Source: Chrysemys picta bellii
Lineage: Eukaryota
DNA: 64,000 bases
Direction: 5' to 3'
Assembly (NCBI RefSeq): GCF_011386835.1
Contig: NC_088806.1
Span: forward strand, 31,496,001 to 31,560,000
The notes under the pieces are model-generated. The model saw only the letters and a program-made list of their open reading frames with translations. It made no database searches and was not told where the DNA came from. A program made the translations under genes and the position numbers. Below, in pieces: positions 24,347-36,653 of this stretch (positions are counted from its first letter, which is position 1; every line of letters starts with the position of its first letter).

Positions 24347-27300
24347 AACACAGATCCTGCTTCACTTCTTTCCCTACATGGGTGTTGTTACACTGCTGGT
24401 GCGATCCATCCAGAGCTGGATTTCCATAGAGCTGACAAAGTAAGAGCCAAATTTTACTCTGACACACAGAGCAAAGCCACGAGCTTCAGGAAGTTAGTAT
24501 CCCTTTGTACCAGCGTAATCGAGCACAGGATTTGGCCATTGTTTGTAAATGCTTTGGCCTCCCTTGCAGTGAAAAGTTCTGTAGAAACATGAGGTTATTT
24601 CTGCAAAGCACTGAGCAGTTAGCTACTGCCCAGACCATAAAACCAGTTCCCTCTAGCTTGCCAGTAACTTTTGGTTTGGACAGTCACTGCGTCACTAGTA
24701 AGTGCAAACTTATAAAAACCCTTTAGCTACGGAAGGGGAAAATTCTTATCATTGTGCGTTGTGGTCAAGGCAGCTACCAGGAGCCGGCCCTGAATACCAT
24801 GTTGCTATGCTACTTAAAGACACAGCCTCTGGACTAGACAGTCAGATTCATATGGCACTACAGCTTACACCCCATTGATGGGCTACATAGCACCATGCGG
24901 ACAATGAGACACCCGTGCCAGAGTTTGTGGATGGGGATTGGAATATGTGGTCTCTCTTCTATTTAAATCTGCTCCTAAGCATATTTCCCATCATCACCAT
25001 GACTCTTCCTTAACCCAACAGCGATCAGTCAAGCCAGATAGCTTCACAAGCTCCTCTTCAAACTCAGCCATGTGTCTGCCTATTTCTAGCCAAATAAAGA
25101 AAAACGTGGCCTGGAATGAAACAAAATGATATATTGGCCATGACACAGCAGCGCATCTACAGCGAAAGGGATCATCCAGCTAATGCCACACAGAGAAAGC
25201 AAGTGGGATAGCGGAGATGAATGTCACTGCCTCCCCCCTCCTCTCTCTTTCTTATTGGGCAGGGTTGGTGAAAGAAGATACTCCACCCCTTGCAGACTAT
25301 GGGGCAGCAGTGAGGTGGCCAGCCTGCCGGCAGCTTCGTAATTCCCCATTCACCACTTGCACATGTAAAAGTTCAAACTCACTCCTGAAGTTACAGCAAA
25401 TTTTGAGCTGCAGAGTATTATGGCAACTCCGCCAGGCCCCAGCCCAATGGGTATAGCAGGTGGGACAAGGCTCTTTACAATACTCTCATTGAACGAGAGA
25501 CTGGGATCTTTAAACCTGCCTGCTGTTGTGTAAATGCAGGCACCAAATGCTTAGGCTTACAGGCAATCAGAGGCACAGGCAGACTGCCGGAATGAGGCAA
25601 GCCACTTCTCAGTTGAACAGCAAAGGAAGGGCTAAGACAAGATACAACTCTGTTCCCAGCTAATTCAATGGTAACACGCCCAGACTTGCACAGAAGCAGG
25701 AGGGGCACCCAGAAACCCAAGAGTTCCACAGGCAACATCAGAGTTGTGTGCCGAGGTGCAGTCCCTGCAGAGGGGGACGCACGCAGGAAGACGCCTGCCT
25801 CTGTTGGTCAGTCTGGGAGCTGTACTGGGTATCCCATGCAGCCCTCAATGGATAGAAGCTATAAAATGGACTTCCTGAGATGGCAATAAGTGGTAAGTAT
25901 TGCTCAGCCTGCCCTGGAAACATAAGAATACAGAGCCTCGTATGTTATCCACACTGCTCCTTGTCCCACAGGACTCTGCTGCTCACTACAGAGACAGGTC
26001 AGAACTACAACAGGAGACAATACTATGAGCATAGCACCTCTGTCCTCACAATACTTATTGTTGGAGCTGCGGGTGGAGGAAAAGTCAGGAGAATTTTCTC
26101 CCCCTGAAGCGCTCAGTGATTACCCAGCCAAGCAATGCACTGAGCCCTCCCTGGATAATGTGCATTAGTATTTGCTAATATACTGATGCACTGTTCACCT
26201 CATTCTGCAACTTCAGAGCCTCTCGGTAGTTTCCTCTATCCACCCATGAATTTCACAAGACTCACTAGACACCTCCCGGCCTGTCTATGATGAAAGCAGC
26301 TACAGATGGAGGCATTTCACTTTATGGACCAGGGAAGCTCTCTGCACCATTCTCCTCCACTCTCAGCTCCATAACACTTGTAGAAGAGAAAATAAAATGT
26401 GACAAGTGCGACGGCTAACAGTGTCCATCAATGTTCAGTGCAGGCAGATGCTGTCTGCCCTGCTCAGCACAAGAGAGTCAGCCACTGCAGCATTAATGGT
26501 CACTTTTGCCATTTCGAAGCCCACTGAGCAGAAGTTTGTTCAGCTGTTTCTCAAGGTCTGAGCCTATGAAAAGGGGAGGAATTTGGTGGTTTTTACAATA
26601 GAGCCAAAGGGTTCTTCCCTTAGACATTGCCCTGAGATGGTGGTCCAGGCAGACGGAGCTGGGGGCACCCTAGCCACTATTTGCCATTATTAGAGGAGAA
26701 ATAGCCACAAATTAGTCACACTTCATTTTTTTACAAAGAACTTCATTCTAGGCACAGAATTATCTGGTGCTGCAGATTGCTGGGTAATGAAGATTCAAAG
26801 CAAATAATACCAGGGTTTCATTACAATGCAGCTGGCAGCTTTTTAAAACCTTAGCTGAAAGGAGGGGAGGCACAAGATGGTTATTCCATCATTATAAGGC
26901 AGATGACACCAGGAAGCAATGAAAAAGCAGCAAGCTCCTTTCAGCCCACACTCAGATATGTCCTTTGCCCAGTGGGCCAAATCCAGCCCTCAGTTATGCT
27001 GGTGTAACACTTTAGCACGGCTGCACCAGTGTAACACAAGACACTTTTGCTAGATGTGTCTCAAGACCACCTGCTTAAGGCGCTACCTCTCACTCCTAAG
27101 CAGCCTGTGCTGTAGGCAATTTCAACGTAAGGAAACTGGAAGACAGTCATGTGACATAGGGAACAATGCGACAGACACAAACTCTACACCAGAGAATGTG
27201 CTGAGTCAGATTGTTAGGAGAGAATGGGCTTGTTTAATTGGAAGCACTGTGGTTTCTTTAAATTGAAAACTATATTTCAGGTTTATCTGCCTCTGCCTTA

Positions 27301-27526
27301 AGATATTGCCAAGTGGGTTTTGAATACAAAAGACTTACTTTTTTTTCAATAAATAACAAGATTTTAAAATCATCATTCCTATGGCTGAATAAAAGTTGAT
27401 TCTCCCATCTCAGAATTCTTCTCCCAACGCGCCAAGAGCCACTGGGTATCCAAGGGTCCTAGTGGCCTTCTGGAAGGGATTTTCAATACTGCACATTCTC
27501 CCTTCTTCTGCAGCTTTGGCCTTCCA

Positions 27527-27553
27527 TCAGTACGGTTCCTCCTCATCCGTGTC
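27527..27553 (-). CDS. MPZL3: MPZL3 exon 6, coding part (DTDEEEPY*)
   Basis: Acceptor ctttctgtccAG; GAC ACG GAT GAG GAG GAA CCG TAC TGA, compare human DSDYEETY*. Confidence 0.88.
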   Translation of the reverse strand, partial: DTDEEEPY

Positions 27554-30500
27554 CTGGACAGAAAGTATTGGGAGAGCGAGATTAGGCACGAAGACATGAA
27601 ACAATTCAGATGTTCAGCACAGACATGAGCTGGGCCAGTTCAGACAAGAGATTAAGTGTTTCCCAGAAGCTGCTCATTTTGAAAAAGCCAGCACTCCTGC
27701 AAAGGCCTTAGGCCTAGTGTCTCTATACGAGTCTGCAGTCAAATCCTTCTGGCATGTCACTGAGGAGCCCAGTTAAACTGGCACTGCAAGAAATTCACGT
27801 GGAGCAGGTTTAAGAGAAGTAACAACCAAACCTCAAGCACAAGGCACCTGCCACACCAACCCCCAAGCACTAGCTTCCTTTGAAAGCACCACTCCCTACA
27901 GAGAACCGATCCAGAACAGCTCAAGCAGCCATTTCCTTCCTGCAAAATCTCCACACGAGACTGGAGAGCCCCCAGCCTGGTGCGTTTAAAAGAAAAGCAC
28001 ATGCACTCAGTGCCTGTAAACGGGCTTGTGGGCAGCCACACAGCACTGCTAATGCATCTAAATCCTACTGCTGAAGTCTGCCTCTGCTCCTAGCAACCCC
28101 ATGCCTTCAGATCCCCAATATCTTACATTAGTGACCATGATAATCTGGCACTTTCTCGCCTTATGGTGACCTCAGGTCATTGTTCTGACACAATAGGAGG
28201 CGCAAACGTACCTGCCTTATCAGCAAAAACCTCCACTGGTTTCCCACCCCTTTCATGATCCAAGTGCAAGCAGCTTCCTTGGTTTTGCTGTGTGTGACTG
28301 ATTTTACAATTGAAAATATTTTCAATATTTAAAGATGAACAGAAAAACACGTCACATCAGCATCACTGAGACAAGGCGCCTCCTAGAGTGCTAAATATTC
28401 TGTTGTCAGCTAAGAACAACTTCTCAAATGACTGATGAAACAGTCAACATGAAATTAACAGGATTAAATCAAACTAAACTAAACTTTACTGAGCGATCAG
28501 AGGAAACTATCAGATTAATCCCTCCTTGTTTTAAAAAACTCTACACATTTGATCAAGCCTCTCTCATTGATCCCAACTGTCTCCATTCCTTTGCCTGCTG
28601 CCTCCAGCAAATACCACCTGCTTCAGTCCTGTCCCTGTACACAATCTCACCACTGTGTGCGAGGGAACCTTCTCCACTACTTCACCCGTCATCTGCAATA
28701 GCCTCCGTCTCCCACATCAACACCAACTTTTCAAAAAAAAAAAAAAAAAAAAAAAACTTTCTGCTTTCTCCCCATGTGCCCCTGGTTTGACCCATGGTAA
28801 GTGGAGCAGATTAGGCGACTACATGAGACAGAGACATGGCAGTGAGGGTTGTAGGCTTATTCCCCAGCTCTGTAGCACACTGGGAAGGACACGCTAAGAA
28901 TGCTCCCTCGAATCACGCACATCAGGGCGCGTGTACTGGGATGTAACGTGCCTTTGGCTGTGCTTGTTCAATGCAGCACGAGGAAGCTTGGATATGCTTT
29001 CCAACAAGGCAAGTGCAGAGGATGGAAGGAGAGTTTAGAAGTTCCAGTACAATAAGTTTAAAACCAAAGCCACTGCAGGTACTAGAAGAGGTTGGTGATG
29101 GGGTGATAGCAAGTGAACAGAAATAGAAGCAATAGAAGGCACAGAAACCAGAGAGTTGAAAAAGGGTTCTGTTGTGACCAGAACAGCATGAGTATGGAGA
29201 TTTCTAATCAAAAATACCCAAGCTAACCCAAGTCTGCATGCTACCACCTTTGGAAGAAAGTAAAATGGAGGTATGCGTTTCTGCCTCCAGCCTCTCCATC
29301 TCTGCACTGCTTACCCAACAGACACAGCCTACTAGCCCTGCTCCACCTTTGGAGTAAAGAGACTCACCACAGTCTCTGCAGGAAAGGGGCAGCTGAGTGA
29401 GTTAAGAGGTTAAAGCACTGGTTTTTCAGCACTGGAAACTTGGGGTTTGATCTGGATTAAGTCTCACGTGAAATGAATTTGGTGGGTCTCAAGCCAATCG
29501 CACGCACCCAATAATGCAGCACTTTCTACATGGAAAGCACTGAAAGGCATCAGCTGAGCTGTGTGAAGAGCTCACACTAAGCTCTCGGGCACTATCCCTG
29601 GCTCTAGCTACTGCTCTCAGCCCTCACTCTCATGAGAGCTAACAGTGATACAAACACTTACAAGAATGCTTATTTGCACTTACCACACACTGCAAACACC
29701 ATGGGCCCATCCTCCCCAGGCAGGTGCCCTGCTCCGTGGGCTCAGGCCTGCAGAAAAAGCACAGTGTTAGGTCAACGTGTCTCCCACTCACGCCCCAATA
29801 CAGCCCCGAGACTGGGATTGTTTTCTAACACACCGGTCACTTTCCCAGTCCCTTTGACTAATTCATCAGAAATGCCTTCTCTATAATTATGTTTTAACTA
29901 GCAAAGCAGAAGACCAGAATGTTAGGCTCTTTATTTCAAAGGTTTGGCCATTTGATTTAGGTTTGCCATGCAAACTCCTCCAGCTGTCTTTTCATCACAC
30001 TATTAACCACAGAAATTGCTGTTTGGCTGGAAAGTTTCAGCTGCCATTAATCAAAATATTTTAGTTAAAAAGACTGTGAATTTAATTCTGACTTGACATC
30101 CCAGAAGAACAAAGTAGTGCATTTACAAGGGAGCCAGTTAGTATTAGAATAGTGGGTTTTTGTGATACAGACATTCGGACTGAGACCCTCCACACAGCTT
30201 ACTGATCTGGACTGGGTTAAATCTGGCGATGGAAGTGAAAGGCTCTCTATCTCAACAAACAGTTTAGCTCAGCTGCCCCACAAAGAGGATGTACAGCACA
30301 CATTTCACTCAGTTACTTTCCCACAAGGTGTTTTCAGAGACTAACTACCAGCTGACTTGTTCCCATTGACAATGAAGTCTCACTGACAGAACCCCAGATG
30401 CTGTGGGTTGAGATGTGGGAGGACAGAAAAAATCCAACCACGACCCCAGGCCAGAGGGGAAATGGGGATTAGGTTCAATGTAAAACTTACTCATCAGAGA

Positions 30501-33500
30501 CTTCAATGGATGATTTCTTATAGCCAGATTTTTTTCTATGCTTTAGGACTCCAAATTTCCTTCCCATCCTCACCAGCAGCAGAATGACCACAATGGCAGA
30601 GGGGAGGAACACTAAGATGGATAGCAACACTGCTGAAGTTAGCTGGAAAGAAAAGCCTGCAGGAGAGAGAGAGAGAATAGCAGTAGAATATGGCTTTGTT
30701 TTATCTCTATGGCAAATATTAATCCAGCACACAGCATCCTGGCCTTTTTTATAAAAAGCACAGGGCTTGCTGGGGTTAAAGGAACTTGTGACAAAGTCCG
30801 GTCAGGGAACTCAAATTCAGAACTAGACTCCTCCCATGGAGGGGAGGACAAAGATTACATCTATCTGGCTGCAGTGAAGGAGCACAAGTTAGGCTATGTC
30901 TACACTGGCAACTGAATGACAAAACTTTTGTCTTTCAGAGGTGTTAAAAAAAACACCCCCCCAAAAGACAAAAAAGTTTTTGCCAACGACAAGCACCGGT
31001 GTGAACAGCACTTTGTCAGCAGGAGCACTCTCCTGCCAACAAAGCTAACCCATTCGTTGGGGTTAGAAGGTTTTGTCGGCAGGAGAACCAACAAACAGCA
31101 GGTACACGGTGTGACTTTTAGCAGCACGGCTGTAGCAACACAGCTGTGTCGCTAAAAGCTGTGTAGTGTAGACACAGCCTGAGAGCAGCACATTCAAAGC
31201 CAAGTGAGAGGGGAGTCGCATCAAACTGATGGACACACCCAATCCGCAAGCCCAAGGACCGCTCTCTCATACAGGGTAGATGAGGCATTTGCCTAAGGCA
31301 GCTATTCGTTAATGTTTGTGAAACGCCAAGTCACTGTTAAGATATCCGCTCCCAGCAATGCTACCCGATTAATGCTGTACCCTCTGCGGTGGGAATCCGG
31401 GACTGCCAATCTTGTGTACTGAGCCTCTGCTGAGGGATGCCCATCACCTCCACTCCCACCTCCTGTCCCCTGTACATGCGCTGACCCCCAATGAAGTTTG
31501 GGATGATCTGAACTCCTAAGACAGACACCAGGGTAGATGCCTGCTCTTAGGAAAATGCTGCTGGCTTCTTCCGTCTCCATGCAGGACAGACACAACCTTA
31601 AGTTTTCACCAAAAGATCACACACCAAACTGCATGGATCTCAATTTATCTAGCTGGAAAGGAGAGGGGCTGAGCTGATGCCCTGGTTGCATTTAAATCTG
31701 TAGTTCCAGGAAAGCTAGACACCAGATCTGGTGCTTGGACTCCAAAGATTTCTGGCAAAACAGGAATGCACTCATGATATATAAATAGGGAGAATATTGC
31801 CATGCTAGAGACTTACCCCTGTGTGTGACTGTCAGCTTGGTCTGGGGGATGTTGTGGTGCACATCCGGGGGATTCTTCACAGCACAGGTGAACGTCCCAT
31901 TGTCATTCATCGTCAAGTTTTGGATAGCAATGGAGGCATCACCTTTGGCAACGTTCCCAACCCATGAAATTCTGTCTCTGAATGTTCCCACTACAGCTGG
32001 GTATGCAACAGACTGATAATGAAAAATCTGAAGGGGGAAGACAATAATTGTTCCAATAAGTCATTTTCCAAAAAGGAGAGAGAAAAAACCTCCTTTCGGA
32101 GAGTAACGGAACCAAAATGAACGACCCTTTCACAGGCATCCCACCTCAGATACACCAGGGGCTCACAAACCCACAACGCTGGGCACTATTGCACCAGCTT
32201 TTCAGATCTTTTTATATTTTTACCTAGGGGGAAGAGAGAGGGTGGAAATGCATGTCAGGGTCTTCCATATCCATGATACAGCCCCGAGGATCTCCCTTCT
32301 TGCCCACCAGTCTCCAGGGCTCGCATCAGAGTCACCATCATCTTTCTGACTATGGAGGATCTAAGAAGAGGATGCTCTGGTGCAGTGGTTCTCAACCTGC
32401 GGCCCGCTTACAGCCCAATCAGCACACAGCTGTGGCCCATGTGACATCCTCAGGGCCATACAAGTAATATATATTTTGTGTGGATGTGGCCCACATAACA
32501 CATAGAAAGCTGCATATGCGGCCCACAATGGTAAATAGGTTGAGAACCACTGCTCTGGAGGTTAGGGTACTATCCTGCGACTATGTGACCGTGGGCAAGT
32601 CACTTAGTTATTCTCTGCCTCGGTTTCCCAACTGTCAAGTAGGGATAATAGCACATCACTACCTCGCAGGGGTGTTGTGAGGATAAATACATTAGGATTG
32701 TGAGACACGATGGTAATACCTGAGACAGACAGCTTTTCAAGATAATCAGTTAAAGCAACAAGGTGGGTGAGGTAATCTTTTACTGAACCAACTGTCGTTG
32801 GTGAGACACACAAGCTTTCGAGCCACACAGAGCTCTTCTGCAGGTCACGGCTACAAATACACCGCATGCAATCAGTTCCTTGGTCATCTGGCAGTGCCAG
32901 TCCAGAAATGTAGTGCTCCCTCCCCAGCTCTTTGTAAAGCACTGGAACCTTGTCACAGGCATGGCATGACTGAATGCTGCAGCTCTGCAGATCTGACTTT
33001 AGTTCACAAAATAGTGCTAACTTCCCTTCAGTTCACTCCTGCTGGCTGGCCACAGGGGACTTACCAGAGCCTATTTCACACAGACACCACCGCATCCTTC
33101 CAGTTGCAACCTACCATTCCCAGGAGCTCAACCTCAGCTGAGCAGAGGAACTCACTGATGATTTACACAGAGAATGAGACATTTATGAACGGATTTTACA
33201 TCTATGCACCTGTGACTGGATTTCATACCACTGCCAACAATAACTGGTAAGAGCCCATAAATCCTTTAGGACCATCTGTCATCATCAGTGCCTGCAGACT
33301 GGCTCTCCACACACACCGCTGCCACTCCAAGATAAGTTATACCTGCATTCTGCCACATGGCAAAGCTGCCACGGTATGTTCTGCACGGGAAGCTTTCCAA
33401 ACCACGTGATCCCCAGTGCATTTATATGGATGCCTAGTTTGCAATGCGACAGTCATCTCTTAGGGTTCTAATACTTTGCATTTACATGGTACCATTCGGC

Positions 33501-36500
33501 CCAAAGGATTTCAAAGAAATTCAACCTATTTATATACAGCAGCACTGAAATGCAGTCACATCTGCAGTGGAAGGTGATAACCAAAGAGCCCACCACACAG
33601 CAGAGAAGCACACTGAGACGAACACTGACTTTTTACACAAAATGCCACGGGATCTTCAACCGTCCCACAGAGTTCTGCCCAGCTGCAAGAAAGATTCTTT
33701 GGGACACTCATCTGCAAGCACTTACTGTCTCCGTACGACCACCTGTGAGGGGCTGGTAACTCCAGTCTACAGTCAGCTTCTGAGTTATGGGAGAGACGGA
33801 ACTGAATGAGCATTTCAGGGTCACCTGTTCATCAACAAAAGCTTGTACTTCAGGATCCACTTTAATTTCCAATGAAAGAGCATTGCAGACACCTGGTGAA
33901 ACGAGCCCCAAAGAGAAAGATTAGATGGGAATTTTTGTAAGGGACACAAGTGAGATAGCAAAGCCGCCCCAGTGAAGAACTGATGGCTGTCTGAATCTGC
34001 ACATACATCTATCCCATCCCCTTGCACCCACCCAACCCCTATTGTTCCGAGGTCACTACCAAAGCCCTCCATTACCCAGTCAAGGGGATAAACAAGCCAA
34101 AGAGTAGGTAATCGAACGCAACTGGACCAGAGGGAAGGTCCAAAGTGCCAACTTCAGGGCTCTTCTTCTCATTAATAAATCAGCACACAGTCCCTCTCCT
34201 GAAGTTCTGTTCTGCATTTGCTCATGCCTGTCTTCTTTATTTTGTAAGCTGTTTGGTGCTGAAAACATGCTTCTTTTTAAGTTTGTAAAGCGCTATATAA
34301 GTTTATGGCATTACAGAAGTGTTGTCCATAATAAATACAAAATAGGGAGACTTGAAAACAAATTACGGTATTTTTTCCAGAAATGTAAACAAGTCTTAGT
34401 CCAACTGCCTGGACTGTAGAGCGAAGGAAGCAAAGGGAGGTGGGAAAAAGTCACAACTGTCAAGAATTGTAGCCAGGGTCTCAGAAAGTCTGATGGGGAA
34501 AAACCATTGGCAAGTGAGTTTATCAAAGGACTTCAAAAAGGGATTTGTTCCATCATCATAAAAACATGGTAAGAAGATAAGAATGGCCATACTGGCTCAG
34601 AATAATGGTCCATGCAGCCCAGTATCCTGTCTTCTGACAGTGGCCAATGCCAGGTACTTCAGAGGGAATGAACAGAACAGGCAATGATCAAGTGATCCAT
34701 CCCCTGTCATCCACTCCTAGCTTCTGGCACTCAGAGGCTAGGGACACTCAGAGCATGGGGTTGCATCCCTGACCATCCGGGCTAATAGCCATTGATGGAC
34801 CTATCCTCCATGAATTTATCTAGTGCTTTTTTGAACCCTCTTATACTTTTGGCCTTCACAACATTCTCAGTGATGAGTTCCACAGGTTAACTGTTTGTTG
34901 CGTGAAGAAGTAACTAGTCATTCAGAAGACACTAAAAATTAACACTTAGACCATGTAGCACTTTTCACTCAAACATCTCTAAGAGCTTTACAAAGGTGAA
35001 TGGGAATCACTCAGCACAGTTACAGATGAGGAAACTGAGGCCCAGACAGGTGAAGTGATTTGCCCAAACAAGTCACTGACAGAGACAAGGATCGAACCCA
35101 GATGGCCTGACTCCCATTCTAGTGCTCCCCGTCCCCATATCCATTTCTATTGCTACAAATACCTCTAAATGATGGAGTGTCTATAGCCAGGGCCCAAACA
35201 CCGGCATCAGGGGAGGCTCTGCTCCCTAGACAAAGCCTGGACATTTCAACGGCACTTATGCACCATTTCAAATGCTAAGGCTGCACCTAACGCAAGGCCC
35301 TCACTCGCCCCCACCTACTGCTGATGGATCCAAGCTGGGAACTGGTGTGTCCAGGTGACTCAGAAAGCTTGCCGGGGTGCAGCTGGGTTACTGTTACTCA
35401 ATCACTTCTGGGACACCCCATCTGAAGTTACTTACGCTCCCCACCCCAAACGTCTCACTCTTCTCTTTAACTGCCCCAAAACCCTCTCTGCCTCTAAAAC
35501 ACTGGGGGAGGAGGGGAAGACTAGTCACACCCTCCACCAAAACAGAACCCCCTAAAATAGTTCCCCTAAATGTACAAACCACAGATGTACCCTCCATCAG
35601 GCTGCCCCAAACACGCTGCCAACCCCACAATAATCCTCTTTCGATTAATCCCACAGACACACCCCTCCCAAATTCCTGCATCCCTCAACCAAACCCCCTT
35701 CTTCACCTGTCCCACAAATCCAGCTCCTGCCCCCATGTCTGGTCTTTCCACCTCCAACCTGGACCACCAGACACACCCCCAACCCCACAAGTCGCCATAG
35801 CCCTCCATCCACAACCCCTAGTCCTACAGCCCTCCTCAGTTCCACCCCATCATCCCCAATCTCACAGACCCACCCCTGGCCCCAACTCCTCATCCACCCC
35901 CCAACACCCCCAACCCCACAGACCCACCCCCAGTTTCCCTAGGCCCCCCATCCCCACACAGTCACCCCCAGTTCCCCTGGGCCCCCCATCCCCACAGACC
36001 CACCTCCAGTTCCTCTGAGCCCCCCATCCCCACAGACCCACCCCCAGTTCCTCTGAGCCCTCCAACCCCACAGACCCACCCCCAGTTCCCCATAGCCCCC
36101 ATCCATGCCCCGGTCCTCCTGCCCCCCCCATCACCCCCCAACCCCACAGACCCACCCCCAATTCCCCTGGGCCCCCATCCCCACAGACCCACCCCCAGTT
36201 CCCCTGAGCCCCCATCCCCACAGACCCACCCCCAGTTCCCCTGGGCCCCCCAACCCCACAGACCCACCCCCAGTTCCCCTGGGCCCCCCAACCCCACAGA
36301 CCCACCCCCAGTTCCCCTGGGCCCCCCAACCCCACAGACCCACCCCCAGTTCCCCTGGGCCCCCCAACCCCACAGACCCACCCCCAGTTCCCCATAGCCC
36401 CCATCCATGCCCCGGTCCTCCTGCCCCCCCCATCACCCCCCAACCCCACAGACCCACCCCCAGTTCCCCTGGGCCCCTATCCATGCCCCGGTCCTCCTGC

Positions 36501-36653
36501 CCCTCCCCCCCATCACCCCCGCTCCACAGACCCACCCCGGGCCCCCCGCCCATCACCCCAGCCGGAAGCGGAGGGCCCCGTCCCCGGCCCGCGCTCACCG
36601 GACAGAAGCAGGAGCCCCAGCCGGAGGAGGCCGCCGGCCGCCCAGGCCCGCAT
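27527..36653 (-). CDS. MPZL3: Myelin protein zero-like 3, 6 coding exons, 229 aa
   Basis: SLEIKVDPEVQAFVDEQVTLKC...IFHYQS...FRDRISWVGNVAKGDASI...KNPPDVHHNIP...LLSILVFLPSAIVVILLLVRMGRK...SGYKKSSIEVSDE...DTDEEEPY* closely matches human MPZL3. Exons of 55/167/211/166/64/27 bp. Confidence 0.96.
29684..29747 (-). CDS. MPZL3: MPZL3 exon 5 (64 bp)
   Basis: Acceptor gctttttctgcAG, donor GTG|GTAAGT; encodes (E)PEPTEQGTCLGRMGPWCLQCV; phase 2 to 0. Confidence 0.88.
30491..30656 (-). CDS. MPZL3: MPZL3 exon 4, transmembrane (166 bp)
   Basis: Encodes (G)FSFQLTSAVLLSILVFLPSAIVVILLLVRMGRKFGVLKHRKKSGYKKSSIEVSD; donor GA|GTAAGT. Confidence 0.95.
30892..31179. mobile_element. PIF/Harbinger MITE
   Basis: TIR GGCTATGTCTACACT / AGTGTAGACACAGCC; 3-bp flanks TTA and TGA, a degenerate TWA-type TSD. 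Confidence 0.85.
31817..32027 (-). CDS. MPZL3: MPZL3 exon 3 (211 bp)
   Basis: Acceptor cttcccccttcAG, donor G|GTAAGT; encodes IFHYQSVAYPAVVGTFRDRISWVGNVAKG...TKLTVTHR. Confidence 0.96.
32383..32552. mobile_element. hAT MITE
   Basis: TIR CAGTGGTTCTCAAC/GTTGAGAACCACTG; 8-bp TSD CTCTGGTG/CTCTGGAG (7 of 8). Confidence 0.85.
32560..32720 (+). mobile_element. MIR/CORE-SINE-like relic
   Basis: gtgaccgtgggcaagtcacttagttattctctgcctcggtttccc...gttgtgaggataaat. Confidence 0.7.
32758..32846 (-). mobile_element. Penelope-like pseudo-LTR fragment (second family) with a decayed hammerhead motif at 32809-32846
   Basis: Minus strand GAC-CTGCAGA-A-GAGC(TCTGTGTG)GCTC-GAAA-GCTT-GTG has the same architecture as the other hammerheads, but the core and stem I are mutated. 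Confidence 0.6.
33490..33670. mobile_element. Ancient SINE relic, AmnSINE1/Deu-like
   Basis: cactgaaatgcagtcacatctgcagtggaa...aatgccacgggatcttcaa; paralogous to 59340-59545. Family name from recall. Confidence 0.45.
33726..33892 (-). CDS. MPZL3: MPZL3 exon 2 (167 bp)
   Basis: Acceptor tttcaccAG, donor ACA|GTAAGT; encodes (G)VCNALSLEIKVDPEVQAFVDEQVTLKCSFSSVSPITQKLTVDWSYQPLTGGRTET. Confidence 0.95.
34570..34912 (-). mobile_element. CR1 LINE 3' fragment
   Basis: Terminal taagaagataagaatggccatactggctcaga; homologous to 53189-53651. Confidence 0.85.
35010..35125 (-). mobile_element. MIR/CORE-SINE-like relic
   Basis: acagatgaggaaactgaggcccagacaggtgaagtgatttgcccaa. Confidence 0.65.
35860..36560. 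repeat. C-rich (G-rich on the transcribed strand) 38-bp minisatellite with higher-order structure, MPZL3 intron 1
   Basis: Unit ccccccaaccccacagacccacccccagttcccctggg (period 38, e.g. 36261, 36299, 36337), with a recurring spacer ccatccatgccccggtcctcctgccc. Confidence 0.9.

Noticed and set aside
26050-26085. Strong-looking minus-strand acceptor (ttttcctccacccgcAG) as an alternative MPZL3 terminal exon
   Set aside because: It would add only LQQ* with no similarity, and the homologous DTDEEEPY* exon already exists at 27553.
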